Assembly (NCBI GenBank): GCA_002269645.1
Contig: NIVC01004946.1
Location: 1-30,504, forward strand
Source: Macrostomum lignano
Lineage: Eukaryota
Direction of reading: 5' to 3'
Length of the DNA stretch: 30,504 nucleotides
Shown piece by piece: positions 1 through 10,184 of the stretch (within the stretch, counting starts at the first letter, position 1; each line of letters begins with the position of its first letter). The notes below the pieces were generated by a model. That model saw only the letters and a list, made by a program, of their open reading frames with translations, was not told the origin of the DNA and made no database searches. The position numbers were made by a program, and so were the translations under genes.

Positions 1-30
1 TTCGGTGGGCCAAACAGAATTAATCTAATA

Positions 31-662
31 GGATAATCCAGTAGAGACTACTACAATGGGATAATCCAGTACAGATAACTACAATGGGATAATCCAGTAG
101 AGATTGCTACAATGGGATAATCCGGTAGATTTTTAGCTACAATAAATGGGATAATCCGGTAGATATTACAACAATAAATGGGATAATCCGGTAGATATTT
201 ATTATTACAACAATAAATGGGATAATCCGGTAGATATTACTACAATATATGGGATAATCCGGTAGATATTACTACAATAAGTGGGATTTTTCGGTAGATA
301 TTACTACAATAAGTGGGATTTTTCGGTAGATATTACTACAATATATGGGATAATCCAGTAGATATTACTACAATAAGTGGGATTATCCGGTAGATATTAC
401 TACAATGTATGGGATAATCCGGTAGAGATTACTACAATGGATAATCCTGTAGATACTACTACAATGGGTTAATCCAGTAACCACATAACCTACTACATTG
501 GGATAATCGCGGTAGAGATTACTACAATGGATAATCCTGTAGATACTACTACAATGGGTTAATCCAGTAACCCATAACCTACTACATTGGGATAATCCGG
601 TAGAGATTACTACAATGGATAATCCGGTAGAGATTACTACAATGGGATAATCCGGTAGAGAT
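31..662. repeat. Imperfect minisatellite, ~27-33 bp unit (GGGATAATCCGGTAGATATTACTACAAT), ~20 copies, in TRIM intron 2
   Basis: Direct reading; the unit recurs from 31 to ~662 with variable spacers. ORF 383..691 is a translation of it. Confidence 0.95.
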
Positions 663-698
663 AACTTCTCTAACAGCCCTGGCACAGTCAATAATCAC

Positions 699-1282
699 CT
701 GTACTGCAGTCCCTCGCACTCGACTCAACTCTGGCCTTCTCCTGCCCGATCAGCTCCAGCTGCTCCTTCAACGCCAACGCCGCCGCTTTTCCTCCTTGAC
801 TCGCTTGACGGTTCGCGCACCGTTTGAATGTCGCCGATCAACCAGATCCCGGAGCTGCTGAAATGCCTGATCAAACGACTGCATGCAGGCCTCAGCGTTG
901 GCGTCCAGAGTTTCAACTTCTCGACAGACGGCTTCGTAGGCTGAGCCGAGTTGGCTGGCGGCCAGGTGGCCTTGTACAGCAGGATCTCGCTCATGCGCTT
1001 GACGGCTACACTGAATGACAGCACAGTGTGGTCGGCTTTGGCCTGGTGGCTAAGGCAGGCCGGGCAGAACACGGTGTCGCAGGTCTCGCAGAACAGCAAT
1101 CTCGGCCAGAATGGATTGAGCATTTCGGCACCAGATCGCGACGCTGCGATGCCATCAGGTCCAGCAGCTGGTTCACACGAAGGAGGGCGGGAAGGCCGCG
1201 GCGCACCGCCGTGGGGCACAGCGATGCCCTCGCGACAGATCGGGCAGCGAAATGACTCGGCTGGCGACCGGGACCCGGGGCC
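699..1282 (-). CDS. TRIM2/3-like E3 ligase, coding exon 2 (RING end FRCPICRE, B-box, coiled coil); contains ~6 single-base deletions
   Basis: Acceptor ctctgcag|GGC at 1283/1282 and donor AG|gtgatt at 699/698. Stitched frames give FRCPICREGIAVPHGG..PPSF.VNQLLDLMASQRRDLVPKCSIH..LLFCETCDTVFCPAC..H..DHTVLSFSVAVKRMSEILLYKA...ALKEQLELIGQEKARVE.ECEGLQY, which matches invertebrate TRIM2/3-like RBCC proteins from memory. Confidence 0.85.
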
Positions 1283-1283
1283 C

Positions 1284-1666
1284 TGCAGAGTGACAATTTC
1301 AGACACTACAGAGTGACAATATCAGACACTGCAGAGTGACAATATCAGATACTACAGAGTGACAATATCAGACACTGCAGAGTGACAATATCAGATACTA
1401 CAGAGTGACAATATCAGACACTGCAGAGTGACAATATCAGACACTACAGAGTGACAATATCAGACACTACAGAGTGACAATATCAGATACTACAGAGTGA
1501 CAATATCAGATACTACAGAGTGACAAGATCAGATGCTACAGAGTGACAATGTCACACACACTACAGAGTGACAAGATCAGACACTACAGAGTGACAATGT
1601 CAGATACTGCAAAGTGACAAGATCAGACACTACAGAGTGACAATGTCAGATACTGCAGAGTGACAA
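1284..1666. repeat. 23-bp minisatellite (CAGAGTGACAATATCAGACACTA), ~16-17 copies, filling TRIM intron 1 and including its acceptor
   Basis: Direct reading; on the minus strand each unit ends in CTCTG(C/T)AG. Confidence 0.95.
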
Positions 1667-1692
1667 CTTGAACAATCGCACCAAGACCTCAC

Positions 1693-1862
1693 CTGCATAA
1701 TCCTCTGCAGACAGGAGCGGCACAGGGTGTGCGAACACGGCAACAGCTTGGGCTGGTGCTCGCCAGCATCGAACAAATTCAAACAGGTGCCGCAGGTAAG
1801 AAACGATTCGGAGAAATCTTCAAATTAATTTGAATTGTCTCCACAAGCCGGCTGCTCGTCAT
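1693..1862 (-). CDS. TRIM2/3-like E3 ligase, coding exon 1 (N-terminal C3HC4 RING); one single-base deletion
   Basis: ATG at 1862. Restoring one T in AAT TT(T) GAA gives MTSSRLVETIQINFEDFSESFLTCGTCLNLFDAGEHQPKLLPCSHTLCRSCLQRIMQ. Donor CAG|gtgag at 1693/1692; phase 0 matches exon 2. Absent from the ORF track. Confidence 0.88.
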
Positions 1863-2295
1863 CTTTGGGATTCAAGTTGACAGTTGCGAGATGAGAAATC
1901 AAAAATACTCTCTAAGATACTTTCAACGGCAAAATGAACGCAAATTAAATTCGGGTAAAGATTTAAATAGAGATTGCACTTCTCAGAGGGGCGCCACCTA
2001 TGATAAGGCCATACGGTCTCAGCCAATAGAGAATGACTGTACCTAAGAAGACGAGAATGAAAACAGGACTCAAGTGTTTTTTATAATCTACTCAACCAAA
2101 ACGCACACAACGCTCCGTCTACTTCTAGTAGTGCAACAATTTTGTAGCTTGAGACTGCTTTTTTCACTTCTTCTCGATACGAGTCGTACTCTGAATGAAA
2201 ATTGAATTATAAAAGCATGTTTTTTTCTATGTACAGCTTGTGACCTGTTGTTGAAATCAAAAGTTTTGTTTTAGGGCGCAAAATTTAGCGCCTAA

Positions 2296-2803
2296 GGCGC
2301 CAAAATGAGTGCCTGGTTGTGGCGCCAAAATGTGTGTCCCAAAGGCGCCAAAATGAGTGCCTGGTTGTGGCGCCAAAATGTGTGTCCAAAGGCGCCAAAA
2401 TGAGTGCCTGGCTGTGGCGCCAAAATGAGTGCCTGGCTGAGGCGCCAAAATGAGTGCCTGGCTGTGGCGCCAAAATGAGTGCCTGGTTGTGGCGCCAAAA
2501 TGAGTGCCTGGTTGTGGCGCCAAAATGAGTGCCTAATTGTGGCGCCAAAATGAGTGCCTGGTTGTGGCCGCCAAAATGAGTGCCTGGTTGGCGCCAAAAT
2601 GAGTGCCTGGTTGTGGCGCCAAAATGATGTGTGCCTGTTGTGGCGCCAAAATGAGTGCCTAAGGCGCCAGAATGAGTGCCTGGTTGTGGCGCCAAACTGA
2701 GTGCCAAAATGAGTGTCTGGCTGTGGCGCCAAAATGAGTGCCTAAGGCGCCAAAATGAGTGCACAAGGCGCCAAAATGAGTGCACAAGGCGCCAAAATGA
2801 GTC
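2296..2803. repeat. 25-bp minisatellite (GGCGCCAAAATGAGTGCCTGGTTGT), ~20 copies, upstream of the TRIM ATG
   Basis: Direct reading; each unit contains TTTTGGCGCC on the minus strand. Confidence 0.95.
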
Positions 2804-3327
2804 CAAACAACACCGAAATTCTTAAAATAACGTACTGTATATGTAAGAATTTTAGTAGCATTGAATAATGATTTTAAAACGTTGAATAATGAGCGTACAG
2901 CATGGGACAATACGCATAAGCCCAAGTGGGCTGCAAAAAAGCTATACTATCTTTTAACTATACCTAACATAGGTAATTTATTGTTACAAAAAAAACTGAA
3001 AACTCCCAATCTTGCCAATGCATTTGTTCAGCAGCGATACCCGGCCCATATGCACTTTAACTCTTCCCCTTATGGGTGGCTTATAGAAAGAGGAACAAGG
3101 CGAACCAAGCATTGAACAAAAGAGCATCTGGAGTGCGAATTTGGCCCCTTTAATAGATGATTTGGCACAGAAAAGCTAGCACTCCAGATTATGGTTGAAG
3201 ATCTCCTTGGACAGGGTATGCATAGAATTCTAGATAACTAACTGGAAGAGAAGGCTCACTTTTTCGTGGGCGGACACAACCGGGCCGAGTCATTTTAGCT
3301 TGTTTAAACGGCCTGCCTTTCCCTATC

Positions 3328-3374
3328 CAGGGAATACTCTACATAGAGTATGAGAGTATGTAGAGTATTCCCTG
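3328..3374. mobile_element. 47-bp mini-MITE: perfect 18-bp TIRs (CAGGGAATACTCTACATA), 11-bp spacer, 7-bp TSD CCCTATC
   Basis: Arms at 3328-3345 and 3357-3374 are exact reverse complements; CCCTATC lies immediately on both sides (3321-3327, 3375-3381). Confidence 0.8.
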
Positions 3375-3756
3375 CCCTATCTCAGTCCCACTGACTAAGC
3401 GGGGTTTGAGGTGGGCAGGCTCTTCACAAGGCTTGGAAGTTTTTTTGTCCTAGACAGGAGAAAAACCCTTCGGAGGGGAAGGAAGATCCCCGGTAAATCA
3501 GTGCTGTTTCTTTGTCTGTGATGCACACGGGGTAACAGGCCCCCCACTTGAAAGCTGAACGCATGCACATTGGGTGTACATTTGCTCGCATGCTTTTGAG
3601 GATGCCTTCTCCACTTCACCCTAAATGAAAAATATATAAAGATTCGATATGATGCATGCTATATCAGAGACTATAGTCAGAGAGAAAGAATTGTTTATAA
3701 ATACGCAGCTTACAACTACAGGTCTGGATCTGGATATGCACTAGCAAATTCCAGCG

Positions 3757-3935
3757 GTTGCAGACCATGGTGCTTGATGTTCCAGAATAGCACGTCGCTT
3801 CTTGCTGATTTTCCTATTTGAGAGTGCTCTGCAGTCGAGGCTGCCACCGCAGACTTGTTCAAGGCGGTGATCGAGACCGTCCTGTTGTACAACACGAGAC
3901 CTGGAATGACGGTTCGCTCCATACAGCAACAAAAT
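3757..3935 (+). mobile_element. Degraded inverted partial copy of the adjacent RTE-like LINE fragment
   Basis: TTGTTCAAGGCGGTGATCGAGACCGTCCTGTTGTACAACACGAGACCTGGA and GCAGACCATGGTGCTTGATGTTCCAGA match the reverse complement of ~4305-4505; the flanking parts are deletion-rich. Confidence 0.75.
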
Positions 3936-4680
3936 GCGCTGTCAGCCATTCCAGCGGTCATGGTCATGAGAGACAAGGACAACGTCACACGTTTCAGGGC
4001 CTGGGCGCGAACCGCCGCCGCACCGCCGGCAGAGTCCGGGGCGCCGGCATTAGCCGGCAAGAAGTCGACGAAACACAGACTGCGCGCCTGTCCCCGGAGT
4101 TGCCTGCAGCGACAGCTGCAGGCACTTCCTGCACCGGCTGTGGACTTTAGGACTCGCTCGGATGATGTGGCCTGCCAGCTGGAGTCGTGCGGCGCAAAAG
4201 TTTGCTGGGAAGGGACAGGCCAGTGCGGCGATAGAGCCCGCATTGGTGACGTGCTCGCAGCCGATCTTAAAGACAGGCCAGCGTGCGCCGCATTGACCTG
4301 CTGTTCGAGCGAATCCGTCAGTGTCCAGGTCTCGTGTTGTACAACAGGACGGTCTCGATCACCGCCTTGAACAACGCCGCCCTGGCGGTCAGGCAGGGCC
4401 TCGGACTGCAGGACCGCCCTCACGAAACGGAAGGCAACCCAAGCAAGTCCACGGCGACGTGCTAGGTCCTCTGGAACATCAAGCACCATGGTCTGCAGAC
4501 CGCCGAGGCAGACGAACTGCTGACAGTGCGGAAGCTTCGACACCTGCCTGTCAGCGTCTCGGTGTTCGAAGCACGACGATCTTCTGCGTGTTGACCCCCA
4601 GGCCGACGCTCGCAGCAAAGCTGGTCCAGCTGGCGCTGGGCGCGTTCGACGGTCGGCAGGAAGAGACTCGACGAAATCGT
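3925..4680 (-). mobile_element. 5'-truncated, frameshifted non-LTR retrotransposon (RTE-like), end of the RT domain and C-terminal region
   Basis: Stitched frames give AQRQLD..AASVGLGVNTQK...QFV.LGG...DLARRRGLAW.AF...LFKAVIETVLLYN.ETWTLTDSLEQQVNAAHAGL...LQLAGHIIRAES...RRGQAR, typical of the post-YADD region of RTE-type LINEs. Confidence 0.8.
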
Positions 4681-5542
4681 CGAGTTTGACCGCGATGTAT
4701 CAGGTGAAATCGATCGCCGGAAAGTACCGCGATGTGCATGGTTCGATCCTGTCTTCATAGATTAGATTAAGCAGCTAATTTTCTGTTCATACTATGATTT
4801 TTACTGATCCTATGTGTTTACTTTGCGGCTTTGCAAAAATATTAGTTTTGTTAAGATATGTCACAAATACCTTTAGAAACTCTTAATAAGCACTGACTTG
4901 TTAATTAAAAAAATAAACTTAAAGAATCAAATATTACTCTTAATAGCAGCAGCCAATTATTAGTGAAAACATTAGTGTTGAATAAGGCAGCCAGAAAACA
5001 TGCAGGCTCCCACTCGGCCCGGTTGTGTCCGCCCCCCCAAAAAAGCCTTCGCTTCCAGTTAGTTATCTAGAATTCTATGGGGTATGGTTGGAATAGAGGG
5101 GGCAGAGAGGGATAGAGGGGAGAGCGCCACCAGGAAAAATCTGCACTTGGGAGCAGAGGGGAGAGAGAACCACTGAGGACTTTGGGAGATCATGCCACCG
5201 CTTGCCTTGAACTCCCCCACATGCACAATACACCCACATGAAACCATGGAAACGACCTCTATGAGTCAAAGTACGGCCTTCCAACTGTACAAGTTAAGCA
5301 AGTAAAAAAATTTTCCTATTAATTTTTAATCAACGTGGCTATCTTGCAATAGTCGAAAACGCTCAAAATTATGTCTTCGAAGAGAGGGAGACAGAAAAGG
5401 GGGAAGACAGGAAAGATGAGATAGAAAGGAAGACGGGGGCAGGATGAGATAGACAGAGAAACACTGGGCGGGGGAGAGAGGGGAGACAGAGAGATAAGAA
5501 ACGAGGAGAGGGAGGTAAAGGGAGATGGGAGGGAGGTGGAAG

Positions 5543-5863
5543 ATACAGAGGGAGCTACAAAGGGAGGTACAGAGGGAGGTACAGAGGGAGGTACAGAGGG
5601 AGCTACAGAGGAAGGTACAGAGGGAGGTACAGAGGGAGGTACAGAGGGAGGTACGGAGGGAGGTACAGAGGGAGGTACAGAGGGAGCTACAGAGGGAGCT
5701 ACAGAGGGAGGTACAGAGGGAGGTACAGAGGGAGGTACAGAGGGAGCTACAGAGGGAGCTACAGAGGGAGCTACAGAGGGAGCTACAGAGGAAGGTACAG
5801 AAGGAGCTACAGAGGGAGGTACAGAGGGAGGTACAGAGGGAGCTACAGAGGGAGATACAGAGG
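5543..5863. repeat. 12-bp minisatellite (ACAGAGGGAG[G/C]T), ~26 copies, inside a purine-rich block (~5380-5930)
   Basis: Direct reading; ORFs 5319, 5326, 5525 and 5536 are translations of it. Confidence 0.95.
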
Positions 5864-8315
5864 GCGGTGGGTGGTACAGGTGTAGTGTGAGGGAGAGGGG
5901 TAGCATAGAGGTAGACACAGATGGACAGGCATGAAACACAGGTTGAAGGACAAATGATGCGGCATTTGAGGGCTAAGAGAGAAATATGGAGAACAGCTGA
6001 GTAGATAAGACAAGAAAACAGAAGCAATTAAGTCAACTAGAACGTTGCTGCAGCACAAAGATGGGAGACCGCCCCTAAAAACTGAAGACTTGCACCAACC
6101 GTGAACTAGAAGTAATAAATGCTACAAAAAAATCACAGCAGCAGTCACATGGCGGCGAGATAATCGCTTCATGGCCACCATGATTTTCCAAGAGGTAAAC
6201 CAAGGGGCCAGAATTTTTATTAGAAGAGATTTTCTGACCCCAAAGCCACGCGCGTGGCAGCTATAGCGAGATGTGAGGCAAGCGACCCCAGCGCTAGCAG
6301 AACCAATTTATGGGGCGAGCAAAGAGGGTAGGGAGGATAGAGGTGTCAGGGTCAAGCTGGTGGTGAGTCAGTCAATCTGCGGCGGCGAAGATCAAAGAAG
6401 CCTTGTTTCTGACTTGCTCCAGTTTTAATCTCAAAGCAATGATATGGGCTCTGTATTGGGTAAACGGCGCGAGTAACTATTACCATATTTTAGTAAATAC
6501 ACGACTCGCCACCTAATTAGTAAATCTGCGTAATTTAATCTGCTCAATTTGTGGCCAATAAATTATGATGCAGCATAAATACAAAATTTTCAAAACAGTC
6601 AGGCAATTGGACATACTACAAAAGCAATAGAACACATGGTAATGTGTTAATAATGTTGTCTTACATTTAGGCTAGCAATGCCCAAGAACAAATCAAGTGC
6701 AATTTAACTAAAGCTTAATATCTTCTAAAACAAAGCCAAAAAACAAATGAAACACTTACCACATGAGAATTAGAAAATGCCATATGTGTGCCAAATATAT
6801 GCTGAGATTGCTTTAGGTCAGCTGTAGCTTCTATAGAAAATTTATAATTTTATCAGTTTATTTCACTCAGCCAATGATAAATCTTGATACTTAGGCATAC
6901 TTGTAAGCTTTTGTTACAAGTATTTATTAAATGACATTGCATCTGCCTGAAAGCTGAAAGGCCAAGGATACCAAAGTCTGAAATAAAGCAATAATATTGA
7001 AAGATTTATATAGTTACAATCAAAGATTAAGTTTTATACATAAATTAGGAGCTAGGCATATAGCCAAAAAATTATTTTGAAAGAGTTACTTTTAGGGGTA
7101 ATAAACTACTTTTACAATAGATATATCTATCATATATTTTTAAAATAGATAACTTTTAGGCTATTTAAGATCTGTCTTATCCCTTTCTCTATGCCTTTAG
7201 GAAAAACATTTGTTAATTTAATAATATATATAACTAAATAAACAATCTAGATAAAAGTAGGCTTAATTTCTAATAATATCAATTGCGAAGCAAACTTTAA
7301 AAAATCAAAATAGGCCTTATATAAGCTATATCTCTTAAGTAGCAATCTTTAAGTTTAATAGAAGCTAGTCAAAATACCTATTTTAATTTTTATCCTATAC
7401 AAACTAATGACCTATCATTGATGACCTATCAAAAAATTAGGAATTTGGCAACATAGCCATATAGCCTAACCTAGTTGTTTGTTATCAATTATCATTTAAA
7501 AAATATCTTTGAGTTAGTCAATTAGTAAATAAGTAGAGAAAGGAGTAAGGCATTAGGATAGGATCCAAATCCTAATCTTAGGATCTTAGCAAAATCAAGA
7601 TCTTGCCTATGCAACCTTAAGTCGATATGCTTTTAGTTTTACTATGTTTTACATTCATTCGTTAACAATGGATTCCAATTATGATCTTTTTGTTATTTCA
7701 AATCCAACAAAAAATTGAATTACAGTCCCACCCAAACAAAAAACCGTGATCTGCATTTAACCTCCAGGCTCCAGTAGTTGACTAGGCCCAAAGCTCTAAG
7801 AAACATTGTCTTTGACTTTAGGTTAATTGACAAGCGAATTTCTGCCAGATACATGCAGGTAATCGTGAAAAGACTGAAACACAAACTATTTTTCTAAGAA
7901 AAATGGACATTTGTTCGTGTGCCCACATTTTTAACAAAAACATTGCCAAAACTTTTTAACGATTCACTATTGCGCCTTATATGTATAAAAAGCATAGATT
8001 CAATAACTCAGAAAAACGTTTATATGTCCAAAACAATAGAACTAATTCTGCAAGGGTTATTGCTTTTGTTGATTACAAAATATGCATGAACTTTATTGTT
8101 GATTGTTATGATTGATTACAATTCTTAGTCTGCAAAAACATGAAAACACGGTGCTACAGAATCCTCGGAAAATGTGGTTCTATATGTGCTACCTGGTTCT
8201 ATTAGGCAAATTTTATTACAATTTTAATAATTAATCGCTGAATTAGCCATCAATGGGATGCCATTTCAGTATGAGTTGTTAATTATTTTAATATTAAATT
8301 ACATGCATTACGTCG

Positions 8316-8541
8316 ACTAGTCTAGGCTAGGCAGGGCTGTGTGCACCCTTGGGCGCACTTAAGCGACATTGCAGTCACACACAACCGACATAACCGATGC
8401 CGCCGATCTTCCCCGGATCTGGAGCAGGTAAGGATACGTACGCAGTCACACGCACAGGCACACACTCAACTTGCTGACTTGGAAGCCTGGGCCGCTGGGA
8501 CAACAGAGCAACCGCGCTAGACCACTAAGGCTACAACCCCC
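8316..8541 (-). mobile_element. Probable tRNA-derived SINE-like element
   Basis: The minus-strand 5' end GGGGGTTGTAGCCTTAGTGGTCTAGCGCGG resembles a tRNA 5' half with an A box; the B box is degenerate. The 3' end has a hairpin GTGCGCCCAAGGGTGCAC followed by CCTAG/ACTAG repeats. Confidence 0.5.
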
Positions 8542-8845
8542 ACGTATCACGTCAGCCGCTCACATTGATTTACATGTATAGACTCATGGATTAATGAGAT
8601 TGCATGTATGGCTCCTCGATTCAATAAACAGCAATCAAATTCTTGATGAAGGATCGTGTCCTGACTGGGTGCCAGAGAGCTTCCATATTAGGCAAAAAAA
8701 GAATCAATCCTTTTAGCAACTACATGTAAATGCATTTACTATAATTAAGCTGATTAGATCAATCACAACAATATTTAATTAATTGGCTAACAATAGCTTG
8801 CCAGTCGGGTTGCATAAATATCTGAAGCAGCTGCTATTCGCGGCT

Positions 8846-9292
8846 ATGACCTGGCCAGATTTGCACAGAATAACAGCAGCAGCAGCAGCAGCAGCAGCTA
8901 GATTGGCAATGTATAAAAACTTCTGCCACAAAGTCAAACCGAAACCGGCCGCTAATATGCTGGCGACTGAAATGGAGAACCAAGAGAAGTCGCTCGACGA
9001 ACAGCTGACGGTGCTCGATATCGAGGCGTCGCCCGTGAAGCCGAAGGTCTCCGCAGCCAGCGACGCCGCCGAGCAAGCAAAAACAGTTGATGAGGCGCTG
9101 CAGCTGTTGTACTCCGGCCAGTTTGAGCAGTTCTCAGCCGAGCTGGAGCGCAGTCCGGACGCTCTGCTACTACTCGGACACGGAGTCGGTCGCGACGGCC
9201 GCTACAGATGCCGCTACAGCCGGGAGTCGCCGATGCGAAGTCGACGAGCGATCAGAGCCGAAACAGAGCTCGAGCTGAGCGTCTTTGTGCAG
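8846..9292 (+). CDS. TRP-like 6-TM channel, exon 1 (start is ATG 8846 or ATG 8909)
   Basis: Open frame MTWPDL..(A)8..MYKNFCHK...ELSVFVQ; donor CAG|gttaat at 9292/9293; phase 0. Confidence 0.7.
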
Positions 9293-9419
9293 GTTAATTA
9301 ATCAGTGTCTGAATTTAAATTCCATACGAAATCGTCACTGGTTATTTTTTAGAAGACGGGCTTTGAATTTGCAAAAGATGCTTGAATTTGACTTTAACTT
9401 TGCTGCAATGCTTAATCTC

Positions 9420-9552
9420 ACAGGGAGGGTGGTAGGGACATAGAGAGACACAAGGAGGGTGAGAGAGACACAGGGAGGGTAGAAGAGACACAGGGGGGTA
9501 GGAGAGACACAGGGGGATAGGAGAGACACAGGGAGGGTAGGAGAGACACAGA
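9420..9552. repeat. ~20-bp minisatellite (CAGGGAGGGTAGGAGAGACA), ~6 copies, in TRP-like intron 1
   Basis: Direct reading. Confidence 0.85.
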
Positions 9553-9721
9553 TGGATGGGAGAAAGTAGAAACCCCACTAGAAACGAAGTCGCGGGGCCA
9601 GTCAGGGAGGTCCGGCGGGCCTTCACAGACCTCATATCCAACGCTGAGACAATTCAACCTGATGCAGCTGCAAGTACGGCAGAACTACAGCCATCCAGCA
9701 TCCGCAAACTCCTGCCCGCAG

Positions 9722-10028
9722 GTGCTGCTGACCGGCGATCAGACGCTGATAGACCGGACTGTCCAGCTGGTGGAGTCTCGGCCAGACAACAGCCTGTGGC
9801 CGGGCGTCCGGTGCGCCTTGTTCGGCCTGGCCGACCTCTGCTGCTGCCCGGAACTTCCCGGCCGCCAGCTTCGACTGGCGCGACTCTTCTGCGGCCTGAC
9901 GCGTCGGCACGCCGACTTCTGCGCCCGCCTGCTGCTGGAGGAGGCCACCGTCGAGGCGATGCGGCCAGTCGAGTTCGCGGCCACCTGGGACCTCTTCTAC
10001 CTGGTGGACGCCTTTGCCAACGCGCCGG
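9722..10028 (+). CDS. TRP-like channel, exon 2 (cytosolic N-terminal region)
   Basis: Acceptor cccgcag|GTG and donor G|gtcagt; phase 0 in, phase 1 out. VLLTGDQTLIDR...FYLVDAFANAP. Confidence 0.8.
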
Positions 10029-10184
10029 GTCAGTCAGCCAGTAGACTGGTGCTCAGAACTGGTGCTCATCTTGCTGAGGCAGGATCTCACTATGTACACT
10101 TCAGCCAGTCTTCCATGTCCTGATCCCACATTCTAATCCCAACCCGTTTACATCTTAAACTCCTAAACTCACTTATTGATGAGG

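Larger units (their letters stand above)
3221..5079. mobile_element. Non-autonomous DNA transposon, 1859 bp, ~70-bp TIRs starting CATAG, 7-bp TSD GGGTATG (P-superfamily-like or atypical hAT)
   Basis: 3221-3290 versus the reverse complement of 5012-5079: first 28 bp identical (CATAGAATTCTAGATAACTAACTGGAAG), plus a further 23-bp identical block (GGGCGGACACAACCGGGCCGAGT). GGGTATG directly flanks both ends (3214-3220, 5080-5086). No transposase ORF inside. Confidence 0.85.

Noticed and set aside
2257-2925. Overlapping repeat ORFs (APQPGTHFG, RHSFW); likewise those at 383-691, 5319-6027, 11011-11956, 26272-26589 and 29901-30083
   Set aside because: Minisatellite translations open in multiple frames; several lie inside well-supported introns.
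4667-4686. 9-bp hairpin ACTCGACGA-AA-TCGTCGAGT at the LINE 5' truncation, and a bulged 10-bp hairpin at ~17452-17477
   Set aside because: Short isolated stems without TSDs or T-tracts are expected by chance in 30 kb. Intrinsic terminators are not relevant in a eukaryote.
3716-4758. ORFs of 60-300 aa treated as host genes
   Set aside because: They are out-of-frame or antisense readings of a frameshifted LINE fragment.
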